A model generated the notes under the pieces. The model searched no databases. It worked only from the letters and a program-made list of their open reading frames with translations, and had not been told where the DNA came from. Shown piece after piece: positions 50,976 to 64,000 of a stretch of 64,000 bases of DNA. Every line of letters begins with the position of its first letter. Positions within the stretch are counted from its first letter, which is position 1. Source of the stretch: Octopus sinensis (lineage: Eukaryota); contig NC_042997.1 of the NCBI RefSeq assembly GCF_006345805.1, positions 113,770,001 to 113,834,000 of the forward strand, given 5' to 3'. A program made the position numbers and the translations under genes.

Positions 50976-52529
50976 GTGGGCAGGTTGGTTGAATGATCTT
51001 AAGATCAGGGGGCATGCGAAATTATGAGCCAGGCTGTGTTGTAGGGAAGGCTCGGAAGTGAGGGAGTATGCATGTCCTGTCGGAAGTGGGGCCTGTGGGT
51101 CCCACTGGAAGTACCGCAGTAGGCATGTGACATCGGGGAAGCATGAGGAGTCAGTTGGTGGCGGACAGCACATCAGAGCAAATGTGTGAGACTGTACAGC
51201 AATGGATAGTGCATGTGAACATAGAGTGAACCTTGCAGATCAAGACAGCATGTGGATACTGAAAGTGATCCTTTTTCCGGACCGACAGGTAAGACTACTG
51301 TAATTCTCTCTTCGCTTCCATCTTTTACTTCCTTTACATCACAAGAATGATAGTAGAAACATAATTATTGAGTTGAGAGAGAATGGTGGATAGTAATGGA
51401 AATGGACAATGATAAGAGATAGTGACTGATGTTGCCGATGGATGGCCTGAAGAATAAGTGACGACTAGCAGTGTAGAAAGGCCAATGTTAGAGGGTGACA
51501 AAATATTTCAAATATAAAACTCATTTAGTGTTACATATAATTGTCATGAATTGTATGTAACAATATGTTTTTACTCCCATTTAAGTATTCATTAAAATAT
51601 TCAATAGCAATCAGTTAATTATGAAAAATTTATATTTAAAACATGGGAGAATTAAGTTAATTAATCTATTCATGCAAGTGTGTCATTATTGTTTTCAGCT
51701 TCAAAAGACTAGGTAAACACACACACTAAACACACATACACCAAACACACATACACCAAACACACACACCACCACACCATGTACACATATACCACACACA
51801 CAAGATGCACACCCACCCACCCAATTTGTAATATGGACCATTAATGAGCTAGGAGTGTTTTCTCACAATCAGACTGACAATATAATTGATTCTTTAATGT
51901 AACTCTCTTTCCACAGAAAGTCATAGTTCTTCATATACAATATACAATAGTTATGCAAAAATCCACATGTCAGAAAAAACAGGCACTCATATACTGGTTA
52001 ATAGAGTGAGTATATTATTGTTAATTAAATACAATATTATAGATTAATAATGGCCAATTTACCAACTGATTTTGTACCAGGAATTGAGAAAACTATCATC
52101 AGAAAAAGCTAAAAGGAATAATATTATGTGGGCTGTTTGTTTCACTGGTTGGTGAATTGGTTGTTATTAGATGATATTGTATTTTATTAATAATATGGGA
52201 TATATGTTCTTTCTTATTTACTCATCCATGTTTGTCATCAGAACAAAATTAGTATAGTTCCTTGCTTTATGAGAATATTACCAATGATGTGATGCAATGT
52301 TATCAATAAATATACTTTCTAATAATTTGTGCACAAAAAAGCACCCAGTACACACTGTATAATGGCTGGTGCTAGGAAGGGTATCCATCCATAGAAACTA
52401 TGTCAAAGATGACACTGGAGCTTGATACAGCCCTGCAGCTCACCAGTTCCCTGTCAAACCATCCTAACCATACCAGTATGGAAACAGACAAATAATGATA
52501 TATATAGAGAGAGAGATATCATCAGCACT

Positions 52530-53225
52530 TCTCTACATGGTAGTGAGACATGAGCCCCAAATGCAGAGGACATGCAATGGCTGGAGAGGAATGAGGCTTG
52601 TATGCTCTGCTGGATGTTTAATGTAAGTGTACATGTTCAACAGAATGCTGATGTATTCTGAGAGGGAAATTAAGCGTACGCGAAATTAATGTGCAAGAGA
52701 GAAAATTGCACTGGTTTGGTTATATGATGCAGATGGATGCCAACAGCTCCATAAAGAAGTGCCAATCTCTCAAAGTGAATGGAACACATAGAAGAGGGAG
52801 TCACAGGAAGACATGGGACAAAGTTCTGAAGGACAACCTTTTAGACGAGATAACAAAGAACCAAGAGACCTGGCACTTTGCTGTACTCAAGAAGACCCAT
52901 CCTCTGCAGCAGACATGTTAAGGCCACACCCCTTGGGGAAGAGGATTGGCCTGCAAGAGCTGTGTGCCTGTTCCACATGGAAAGCACTTGTGCCAGTTCC
53001 ACATGGAAAGCACTTGTGCCAGTTCCACATAAAAGTGTTTGTATGGTGCCATGTTAAAAGTCCCTTATACACACTGTAATGTGGTTGGCATTAAGAAGGG
53101 AATTCAGCCATAGAAACCAAGCCAAATCAGACTAGAACTTGGTGTAGTTCTCCAGCTTGCCAGCTCTGATCAAACTGTCCAACCCATGCCAGCATGGAAA
53201 ACATACATTAAAAAGGATGATGATT
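52530..53225 (+). mobile_element. RTE 3' fragment (ORF C-terminus, 26-bp tandem unit, tail)
   Basis: LHGSETW.., ERKLHWFG..M..NSSIKKC and RRGSHRKTWD, with the standard tail. Confidence 0.85.
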
Positions 53226-53615
53226 ATATATATCGTATATCTTTTACTTGTTTCAGTCATTTGACTGCGGCCATCATACAAGCGTCACCATCATACAAGC
53301 AATATTGTTAGTTTCCAGTCTTTCATGAAATATGTCTAGCTATGAGGAAATATTACCTTGCTTGATAACAGATAATGGTCAGTGACAGGAAAAATATCTG
53401 ACCATAGAAAATCTGCCTCACCAAATTCCGTTTGACCCATGCAGGAATAGCATTATATTGTACTATAGAACAGACCAAGATTTTAGCCAACACCATATAA
53501 TACAGAGATGTTAACACCTTGTCTTTGGACAGGAAAAGAAGGATAAACCAGTCTAATTTCAACCCAGGATTTCATCAAAGAATGAATACTCTCCTTAACA
53601 GTCCACACAACTCAC

Positions 53616-53753
53616 CATTTCTAAACAAAATATGACTGAGGGCTTAAGTAAATTGAACAGATCATTTTGCATATTTAATGCATTCTTGACAATTTGATTA
53701 TCTGGTACATGAATAATGTTTGGTTTCAAAACTATACTATAGAATATGTACAT
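53616..53753 (-). CDS. Candidate upstream or first coding exon encoding MYIFYSIVLKPNIIHVPDNQIVKNALNMQNDLFNLLKPSVIFCLEM
   Basis: 46 open codons end at a strong phase-0 donor GAAATG|gtgagt, which matches the phase-0 acceptor at 48526. An in-frame TAG lies immediately before the ATG. Confidence 0.55.
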
Positions 53754-55051
53754 CTATAGATATTTAGCTAACACAATGTGACAAATGTAAACACTTTGTT
53801 TCTGCATACAATATATTCATGGACAAAAAAAGAGGAATCAGCTAGACTAGTTTCAATCCTGTGAGGATTTCATCGGTGACTGAATGCCCTCCTCCTCAAC
53901 TCTCCAACAAAAGACTGCTTATAAACGTAGTATTTCTGAGGGTTTCAAGCAAGCCAGAGAGCAATTTGCAAATTCAACACATTCTTGACAGCTAGTCCAA
54001 TAAATATATTATTACTACATTAAATGTAACAAATCAATATTTCTGAATAAATGAAATATGCAAATTGGTCTGATAAATCCTCAGTGATGTTTGGACAGTT
54101 AAAGAAGGTATTCAGTTACTGATGAGATCCCAACACAAGACTGAAACTAGTTCAGTTGATCCCGCCTTTGATATCTATGAAGTTTCTGTATATAAAGACA
54201 AAGTATTTATTACTGTATTCTATACTACAGCATAGCATAATACTTATATTTACTTAAAATAAAATATAATTCATAACTGGATTAACACTTCATCCAAATA
54301 AACTTTTTCTTGTTTTAAATATTCTTCAATATTTAATTACTCTAATAAAGCACTAACAATTATACTGTTCCAAAATTAGATTTCATTTTTAAAATATAAA
54401 AGACCAAAAATTAAACAAAATATTTTAATTGACAATAAAATACTCACAGTAATTGAAAATAAATCAAGGAAAGAAAAAGATTGCAAAATATAAAACTGAT
54501 GCTGACAAAGTTTTACTCACTTTCTTATTTTTCTACTGTTAATATCTTTAACACTTTTGTTTCGAGAAGAAAATGCAGGAATAATCTTTTGACTACAATA
54601 AATGAATATAAAACTAGTTACTTAATATTTATGCTCAAAAAAATATGCAATAAAGTCTTTACAAAATATTTTAGTACATTATACTATGTGTGATCATAGA
54701 GAGTTATAAATATAATTATCGAAAATAAACCAATAAAAAGTATCTGAAATAGTTGATATAGCTAAGTGCTTTGACAATAATTATTTAAGTAAATTAAATT
54801 GAAACCTGAACTACAAAGAGCATAATACAAAGTATTTAGTTTTACAACCTTCACTATGATTTCATGTGATTTGTTAACTAAAATATTACTACACTTTTAT
54901 GGCATTTGTACTAATGTGTACTAGTTTTATAGCATTTGTTGATAAACTTCAGAGTTAGCCAGAGGAAGATACAAAAATAGATAATAGAGAAGGAAGATAT
55001 ATATGGAAACTAAGACTCATAACTGAGAATAGCTTTTGACAAATTCTAATT

Positions 55052-55291
55052 CAGGGGTTCTCAACCACTTTTTACCCTTTGATTCCTATTTTTACTTGGA
55101 TAGGCCCTCATAGCCATTTGTTTGAAAAATCTTATTAAATTTTTATAATCAAATATCAAGAATTCTATAAAAGAAATTGTTAAAATATTTTGTGAATTGT
55201 AGAAGTGTGCCCAATTTAATGCACATGAATCTTAATAAAAAATCTTATATGCACTCCCAAGAGTCATGTGGACCCCAGTTGAAAACCATTG
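55052..55291. mobile_element. hAT-like MITE
   Basis: Imperfect TIRs caggggttctcaac and gttgaaaaccattg. Confidence 0.7.
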
Positions 55292-57597
55292 CTTTAAGTG
55301 ACACATATGACTGTAAAGAGAAGGATTTAGGTGCTTGTAGCATAAATGACAACTGGGAATCTATGAAACAAACTGCTTAGTGCAAATGATAAGACATGTA
55401 AACTAAGACAAAGTCCTAGCCAAGCCAAAAATAACATGGTAATGGAATGATACAGTTGATACAGCAACTGGTACTGTAGTTCTTTTTTGCTATTTATCTT
55501 TCTCACTACCTGAAATTTTTCCACTTCTTATCCATCTTTCATGTATGAATACTGTTCTCTCTATCCACACACTGCATTGACCTCACTACCACCAAGCCAC
55601 CAAATTTTCTCTCCTTCTTCATTACTTGATTTCTCTCCTCTCCTCATACAACTACACCAGCCTCTCCCCCACTACATACCATCTCTCACATCCTTTTCCT
55701 ATCTACTGCATCATACTTACTATTCTACTGTTCTCCTACCCAGCTTTTTTCTGTACTGTCAGTTATCGCCCAGTTATCCCCCAAATTCACTCCTTATCCA
55801 CCATTCACTACATCTGCTCTTCGACCCTACTCAATCTTTACTGCATTTGCATACCACCCCCTCAGCAATTTTCCACTCTCACCCTAGTGTAGCTCTTTGG
55901 CTAGCCAACTCCTGTCAAACCAAGCAACTCATGCCAGCATGAAAGATGGATGTTAAATGATGATAGTGATGACAGTGATGATGAACCTTCCATGCACTCT
56001 TGCATCCTCCACCCTCACTCTCAGTTCCTCTATCCCTACTCAGTTCTACTCACTTTGTACCTTGAAGGCTCACCCAAACACCTCATTACAACTATTTCCA
56101 TCACGTTCCAGCTCCACTTGACCATTCCCACCCTCTCTTCTAGAATATAAGTAATTCATCTACAGCAAGAAACGTTTTCATGCTCTGGCTTCTCTCATAC
56201 TTTAACCCCTCATCTCCGAGCATGAAGCACCCCTACACCCCTGAGGTTTGTAGTCATACAAGCTGCATGGTGACCTCATTAGTTCTGATATGACAAAAAA
56301 GCACCTAGTATACACTGTAGAGTATTTGGCATTAGGAAGGGGCATCCAGCCATAGAGGCTATGCCAAAGTAAACTCTGGAGCATAATGAAGTCTTTGGAT
56401 CCATCAGATCCGGGCAAACCACCCATCACAAACCAACAGGGAACATGGGCATTAAATCATTATAATGATATACAAATCTGACCAAAACCTAAGTACAGAA
56501 AACAAATCTAAATATAGAAAACAGATAATTAAGAATATGATGTGGTTATCTGAACATTAGAAAAATAGCTAGAATAATTATTTATTTTCAAACCTGCTAA
56601 GAAATTGTTAAAATATGGTGTGTAAACACATTATTTCTCAACATAATTTAAACTATGTAAATACTACTATAACAAATAAGAATGTTTGAGGAAAAGAAAT
56701 GCGACAAAATCCAATTAAAAAGAAACTATAGTCTCAAAATGTCGATCAAAGATTTCTGATATTGATAACAATTTACCAAGCATAGAAATGGTATATGCAT
56801 TGAAGAAATAACAGATCCTTCTAGTTTATGATATATGTAGCATGGTCAGGGCAACATGCCAAACAGGACATAAACTAGACTGTGTGCCAATAGTTCTTGA
56901 GGATAGTGAGTGTATTTTTCTGGAAACAAATAAGTTATTGATGATTTTCGTGTGTTTTTGATCATTGAACTGGTTATAAATATACTTACAGAAATAAATA
57001 GACACATAGTTGTTGCTTGATAGAAATAAGACCAAATGTTATATAACAAGTTAAAATGATACAGTAGATCAATACCATACGCATCATTAACAGAAGTAAA
57101 CATTAAAATTGAAATAAATTAAACTATGTTTTGATCTAAGTACAGAATATTGGAACCGAAACTTTGCTAATTCTGTGAAATGGATGTTTGGTGAAATATT
57201 TATCAAAAGTAACTTGTTTTTAATCTCAAAACTTTTGCTTGTATCAATCTGGATTTTTAATAAATTCTTTCGAAATAAATTTTCAAATGCTCACAAGGAT
57301 CCCTAAAAGTAGTCGACAGATTCCACTATCTAGCGATTTAATTAACAATGGAGACAAGTATTCCAAAAGTATAGTAGCCATGGTAATAATGGAGTGGAAA
57401 AAGTTAGGGAGCTCTTATCTCTTCTGACAATAAAGAAACTTGCATACAAAGGGCACTGATACATGTTAGCATGATATGGATACTGAATGAGAAGGATGAT
57501 TGAGGGCTGGAAAGAAATAAACCCCTTCTGGATGTATATTGTTACTGTGTGCATGAATGAGAGTACAAATGAAATGAAAGAATAAATAATAGGTATA

Positions 57598-59009
57598 AGA
57601 GGTCTGATCAAAAAGTATTGGAACTGGTACTACAAAAAGAAAACTACTGATCATCAATTCAGCATTTAATCTCCTTCAAAGTAGTCCCCTTCGGAAGCCA
57701 CACACTTAATCCAGTGTTGTTGTCAGTGTGCATACTCGACAGAGTGTAAGTACCTTGAGAGAAAAGTTGGACCTAAGAAGCATCAGATGTAGTCTGCAAG
57801 AGAGACGACTGCGCTGATATGGCCATGTAGTGAAAATGGATGAGGATAGCTGTGTGAAAAAGTGTCACACCCTAGCAGTTGAGGGAACCTGCAGAAGAGG
57901 TAGACCCAGGAAGACCTGGGATGAAGTGGTGAAGCACGACCTTTTAAACATTAGGCCTCACCGAGGCAATGACTAGTGACCAAGACTTTTGGAAATATGC
58001 TGTGCTTGAGAAGACCCGGCAAGCCAAGTGAGACCGTAACCAGCCCACTTATGCATACCTTTCCTTCATTGGACACTAAACTCTGCTTGCAAAGACCTGT
58101 TGAGGCACGTGAAATCAAAATCAAATTCGATGACTGGCATCTGTGCTAGTGGAGCGCTAAGAGCACCATCCAAGCGTGATCGTTGCTAGAGCAGTTAACC
58201 GGCTTTCATGCTGGTGGCATGTAAAAAGCACCATTCAAGTGTGATCGTTACCAGCGTCGCCTTACTGGCACTTCTGCCGGTGGCACATGAAAAAACATTC
58301 AAGCGAGATCGTTGCCAATGCCACTGGACTGGCTCCTGTGCAGGTGGCACATAAAAAATACCATTTGAGCATGGCCATTGCCAGTACTGCCTGACTGGCC
58401 CTTGTGCCAGTGGAACATAAAAGCACCCACTACACTCTCAGAGTGGTTGGCATTAGGAAGGGCATTCAGCTGTAGAAACTTTGCCAGATCAAGACTGGAG
58501 CCTGGTGCAGGGCATCTGGTTCATCAGTCCACGGTCAAATTGTCCAACCTGTGCTAGCATGGAAAGCAGATGTTAAACAATGATGATGATGATGTTTCCA
58601 TTGATGAAAGCATTCCTGGAATTCCATTTTTATAACATTCTCTTAGATTTCCTTAATGTCTTGAAATCTTGCTGAGGTCTTTGACTATGAAGACTGAGCT
58701 TTGGTTTCAGAGTCATAGCCATAGACCCATGATTTGTCATCTGTTATAACTGTTTTCAAAAAGTTCTCATCTTCCTTGATGCAATCAAAGAGATCCTGCA
58801 AAGCTGAAACTCAATCCCTTTGAGATGATCACACTCTAAACACCAAACTTTCAAGCACTGCTATAAACAAAAGAAGTGAGCAAGAACATTATAACTTAGT
58901 ATGCATGTGCAATAGAGTCTAACATTGGTCTGTGCCAAGCAACTTCATTTCTGCATACTTTAGCTCTGATACCATAGCAAAAGTCCGAATACTTTCTGAT
59001 CAGACCTTA
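57598..59009 (-). mobile_element. Decayed mariner, interrupted by an RTE insertion
   Basis: TIRs gaggtctgatcaaaaagtattggaact and agtccgaatactttctgatcagacctta with TA flanks. The minus strand encodes VITDDKSWV (TGDE.W motif) at ~58725-58750. Confidence 0.8.
57721..58593 (+). mobile_element. 5'-truncated RTE copy nested in the mariner
   Basis: LREKLDLRSIRC..ERRLR.YGHV..CRRGRPRKTWDEV, followed by the tandem-unit 3' UTR and (GAT)n tail. Confidence 0.9.
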
Positions 59010-59600
59010 TATGTATAACATGCAAGAAAAAGACTGATTGTCTGGACAGAAGATGAGAAAGACATGGGAAGAAGTAGTGAAAGCTAATCTCAAGAGACTT
59101 AATTTCTATAAGAAGACAAAGGTCCACAACAAATAGCAACATGCTTTGCTAGAGAAAACCCAACATACACAAGCATGAAGCAGATAATAATGATAACAAT
59201 GATAACATTCTACACTTTTCTGTAATTCTCTTCTCTCTCTTCATGTGCCATACCTACAGGTATAAGTGATCATGGACCTACAAGCCAAAGTCATAATATT
59301 TCTTGTGAAAGATACAATGGTTTCCAGTCACTTTCATCACATCTTTGGCGCTGTGTGATAGACACTTAGAGACCAGCCCTTCTCCAAGCCTGTATGACAT
59401 TGCCACAAGACTGTCTTGTCATTTTAGCCATAACTGAGACCCACGTCACGTACTACCATCCCAAGTAAGAGTGAATTTGGGAGGAGTGGTGACTAAGAGA
59501 ATGTCATACTCCTTAAAACTATTGAACCCATAAGCTGGGGCTTCGTCACCAGATGCAGTTTAATGTCTTGCCAGGACATTCTGTTATTCACTCCACACAG

Positions 59601-59945
59601 AGAAGCTTGCTTCCCAACCACATGGTTCTGGATTCAGTCCCACTGCATCGCACTTTGACAAGTGTCTTCCACTATAGCCCCAGGCCAACCAAAGCCTTGA
59701 GTGAATTTGGTAGACAGAAACTGAAAGAATCCTACCGTGTGTTTGTGTTCAGCTCCTACCACCACTTGATAACCAGTGTTGGTTTGCTTACATCCCTGTA
59801 TTTTAGGTGTTCAGCATAAGAGATTGATGGAATGAGTACCAGGCTTAAAAAATACTGAGGTCAATTTGTTTGACTAAAACCCTTTAAGGCAGTGCCCAGG
59901 CTTGCCATAGTCCAATGACTGAAACATGTAAAAAAACAAGACAAA
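59601..59945 (+). mobile_element. SINE family A, 5'-clipped
   Basis: Matches the 38343 element from agcttgcttcccaaccacatgg to tgactgaaac. Confidence 0.85.
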
Positions 59946-60230
59946 AGATAAAGAAATAAAATAAAATGAAAATACAATTATACTCTCTATATTTAATATA
60001 TACAATTAATAGTGTTGCTCTTTGAATCCATCTGGCATTTTAATATGTATAAAGAAAAAAAAAGTAAAAATAACAAACAAGGAATTCTATCAAAATCATT
60101 TTTAAAACTATGCAAAAGCTACCTTTTTGGAATCATTTCATCTTCGTTGCTCTCAGTAATATTTTCTGTACCTTATGAAAATAAAACAAGAATTGACAAT
60201 AAATATCAGTTAAGAAAGAATCATTTAAAA

Positions 60231-60509
60231 CAGTGGTTCCCAAAGCAGGCAGTATTGCCCCACACCACTAGGGGCAGTGGAAAGTTTCAAGGGGTTGGCG
60301 AAAAAAAGTAAGGTGATAATGGAGTAGTAATTCATATAAAAACAACAAAATAATGGATTCGTTAGGTTAAGTTTTATTTGTGAAATACAGTTACTTTGAA
60401 TTGGTTTCAGAAAGAGGTCTAGGTCTGTGATGGTTAGCTGGGGTGGGGGTGCTAGGAATGTGGCCTGGGTGTCAAGGGGCAGCAGCCTGGAAAAGTTTGG
60501 GAATTACTG
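60231..60509. mobile_element. hAT-like MITE with 8-bp TSD
   Basis: TIRs cagtggttcccaaa and tttgggaattactg. The flanks atttaaaa and atttaaag are 7/8 identical. Confidence 0.85.
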
Positions 60510-61546
60510 ATTTAAAGAATAGAATCAAAAATACCAACAAAACATCTTTTATTTATTTAAGTACAGTTGGAAGTGAATCATGTTTACAGTTGGATAGCGT
60601 CAGAAAAATAAAAGGTTATAGTAGTAATAAAAAAAATATTAATTGGAAGTCAGAAAGTCGTAGGGATCAGGAAAATAGAGGTTATTGGAAAGTAATAGAT
60701 AAAGGAAAATTATTTATTGCATTTTGGAGAGATAATTTTTATTGATTAGTTCAGAAGGTAAAGTTTTGTGCTTATTGCCTTTAAAGGCACCCCCAATGCA
60801 GTTTTAGAAAATAGGCAGTGGAAAAAAGTCCAGTATGTCAAATATTGAGAGAAAGGGCTGAGTGTTGTGATTAGCGTAGAACCTGAAGGGTGCACATAAT
60901 ATGGAAGGGACAAGTAAAATAGGAGTACTTGAGTGGAGGTGATATGAGATCAATCAGTATCAAGAAGCTGAAGACACTATTGTGGTAATAAAAAAAAAGG
61001 TGGGGATAGAGAGGTTAGAGAGGTACCAACAAACCTATGGGCCACAAATTGAAGTGTTGTTGGGGAGTGACTTTATGTCAATTTGGTAGATGGCCTTTTG
61101 GGGGGAATATGATCTACAATGAGCTAGAACATTACTGCCTTACAAGTCTTACTTGAGCTTTATAGAAGGCTAGTAGTTTGGGACTGAGGTTTATTCTCTG
61201 GACCCAAAGCGGAAGACCAGTCTTTTGTGATGCAATCCTTGCTACGTTATGAATGCACACTTACCAGAAGAGATATATCAGAAAGTAATCTAATTACGGC
61301 ATATGCTAGATTAAAATCTATTGTAGAAAATGCTAACATAGGGAATTAGGTCGATGGTAGACTATAGAGTAGCTTCCACCAAGTTTACCAAGCCAACTTT
61401 ACTCAATATTTACATGAAACTGTCTATTCAATGAAGTTTTCTATGAAGAACGTTTCAGTCTCTCCTCATTGTTGATCTCTGGCAAGAATGAAGGTTCTAG
61501 CCATTGTAGGAGACCATCTGCATGATATCTTAAGAATCTTGAATAT

Positions 61547-61947
61547 AGGAGCAGGCATAACTGTGTGGCTAAAAAGCTTGCTTTGCGACCATGTGGCTTC
61601 ATGTTTAGTTCTACTGTGCAACACTTTGGGCAAGTGTCTTATACCATAGCCCTGAGTTAACCAAAGCCTTGTGAGTGAATTTGATAGATGGAAACTCTGT
61701 GGAAGCCTGTCATGTGTGTGTGTGTGCTTGTATCCTTATGCCCATATTTGTCTCCCCCACCCTACACCTTAATGACTAATGTTGGTTTGTGCCCCTGTAA
61801 CTTAGTGGTTCGGCATAAGAGACAGATAGCATAAGTCTCAAACTTAAAAAATAAGTACTGGGGTTGATTTGCTTGACTAAAACCCTTCAAGGTGGTGCCC
61901 TAGCATGGTTACATTTCAATGACTGAAACAAGCAAAAGATAAAAGAT
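61547..61947 (+). mobile_element. SINE family A, full length, diverged
   Basis: Head aggagcaggcataactgtgtgg through to tail tgactgaaacaagcaaaag. Confidence 0.85.
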
Positions 61948-62853
61948 ATTTTAAACAAGTTTAGCTGATTGGTGACTGGAGTTAAAATATATATAGTATA
62001 TAATATATTTTAATAAATTTGAGATAAATGTTTTTGAAAGAGAGTATAGGAACAGTAGCAGAGAAGGATAATCGAGAATATGCTATTGGGACATCATCAT
62101 GGCCTGAAGTTTAATTAGAGACATAGATAGATCAAGATAATTTATCAAAGGGGAACAGAACTGTAAATGATTTGTTAAAGTTTTTATGCGTAAAAAGGAT
62201 AAACTAGAGCAAAATGTTTATATTTACTATCTGCAAAGCCCTGATAAAGCAGAACTATGGTCAATGGTGTTCCAGCTATTACCATCAGATCATTTAACAT
62301 TAACTTATCTATTTTTTTGTTCCATGCTACATTTTGTCTTTAGGTGCCATATATTTACATGCATACAATACCTGAAACAGAAGTTACCTCAAATAAGATA
62401 AAGCAATATGCATTGTTTCTTTTTCAGATAATGTAGTACAGGTCAAAGATTAAAGATTAATATGGCTTTAAATCACTAAGAGAAATCGGTTTTAGATAAC
62501 AATGCTTCCTTGTTCATCATCATTATCATTATTTAACATCCGTTTTCCATGTTGGCTTGGGTTGGACAATTTGACCAGAGCTGCACCAGGTTCCAGTCTG
62601 ATTTGGCTGGATGTCCTTCCTAACACCAACCACTTTACAGTGTGTGCCAGGTGCTCTTAATGTGAAACTAGCATGAGCACTTATACATGGCATCGGCACA
62701 AGTGCTTTTTACATGGTACTGACACTCTACTCCAATCCTTCTTCCCCGGGGAGGAGCAGCATGAACAATTCTGCTGTGGAGTATAGGTCTTCTTGAGTAC
62801 AGCAAGGCAACAGGTATCTCAGTCCTTTGTCATCTCGTCCGAAAAAAATTATG

Positions 62854-62892
<39 letters not shown>

Positions 62893-63139
62893 TCTGTACG
62901 AAATGCAGAAGCAGTCCATGATCTTCTGACACCTCTACAAGGGCAGCAACTCCAGACGAAAATTAACCTCAACAACGCCAACCTATCCAACCCACGCTAA
63001 CATGAAAAACGGATATAAAATAATGACAACAATGAGGAGGATATAAAAACTATCATTGGCAGAATGCCACAACTTTGCAAAGGATTACAATAAATCGATT
63101 ACTATAGATTTTTACTTTTACATATTTTATCAATCCTCT

Positions 63140-63425
63140 TACAGGGTTGATATCTTAAGGCATTTTCTTCACACAAGAGTGAATCTAACAGGAATTTATT
63201 ACCGCAATAACAACATTAACAGTTTAACAGATGCATGTACACCCACCCCAACCCCCGTAAACAAGATACAGAAAGACAAGAAAGGGGACTGGTTGGACTA
63301 CATTAAAGAATGGATATGGAAGATATTGGAAAACATGAAATTGGCTGATAACAGCGAAAGGTTGAGAGAAGACATTGCATCTGTTGCTGCGCAACTACTA
63401 CCAGCTTAGCTATGGATTTTGATTG
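63140..63425 (+). mobile_element. Decayed RTE/BovB-like ORF 3' end
   Basis: DWLDYIKEW..A.NSERLR..IA resembles the W.D.I..W..A.DR..WR terminal motif of RTE ORFs. Confidence 0.45.
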
Positions 63426-64000
63426 ACAACAGGGGAGACTACTTAATGACAACAAGTTCAAAGTGATCTTTCTTGTATTTTTTAGCCGTGGGCCTTGTCA
63501 TAATAATCAGAAGCTAATTCCCAACTATAATCCAAAATGTTTAATCGGATAACAAAAACAGTAAAAAGAAAAAAAAAAAGAAATTTCATAAGTTATTTAA
63601 CTCATTATTTTCTCAGTTGTTTATGCTGATGTAGGGCGCAAGTAAAAATGTCATAATTCTATTTTAATTTCTAATTATAAACAATTCTGTTCGTTTATGC
63701 TATCAATGTTGTCAAGAACAAAATGAATATTTCCCATTATATTTACCGACTTTAAATCTAGTAATATATATATAAATATATATATATATATAACAGTTTC
63801 ATTTTTAAGTCTAGTAATATATACATATAAGTTTAAGTCTCTATCTTTCTCCTGAATTTATATTAAAATTCCACAAGCACAAATGCTACAGCATCTTTAA
63901 TTTTCCTGTTACTTGTTTTCCTCCTTATGATTTCATTTGTGCAATTTTTTTTTTAACAGTTAGCATTTTCATACATTTGACAAAAAATTCAACACTCCCA

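Noticed and set aside
56680-56740. Hammerhead-like gaaactatagtc with upstream ttgagga
   Set aside because: There is no stem I pairing, no credible stem II and no PLE context.
63470-63760. Slight local CpG excess near the window end, suggesting a promoter
   Set aside because: There are too few CpGs to distinguish from noise by eye, and no core promoter motif.

Overview
This is AT-rich, repeat-dense metazoan DNA, most likely from an octopus. The species is inferred from the tRNA-derived SINE families, RTE tails and microsatellite load, not shown directly. Most short ORFs in the track are microsatellite or transposon artefacts. The host gene content is one unrecognised minus-strand gene and one possible plus-strand exon. 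The minus-strand gene has a giant 2.5-kb exon (48526-46015) encoding a ~9-aa tandem-repeat region, with candidate flanking exons at 53753-53616, 41434-41296 and 40112-40023. The plus-strand candidate at 5019 encodes GILGPPP and is interrupted by a dispersed repeat. Mobile elements include two mariners, a Tigger-like MITE, two hAT MITEs, a 5'-truncated CR1-clade LINE, many RTE copies and tails, a deleted Gypsy, several Penelope-like element (PLE) fragments and three SINE families. The most notable observation is three minimal type-I hammerhead-ribozyme folds with the non-canonical compensatory U3-A8 core. One lies just downstream of a PLE GIY-YIG ORF end, and two sit mirror-wise in the arms of a near-perfect ~435-bp-arm palindrome (25617-26521). 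A CR1 LINE and a SINE also share a 3' stem-loop with compensatory changes. All boundaries were read by eye, and none of these calls has been checked by database search or folding software.
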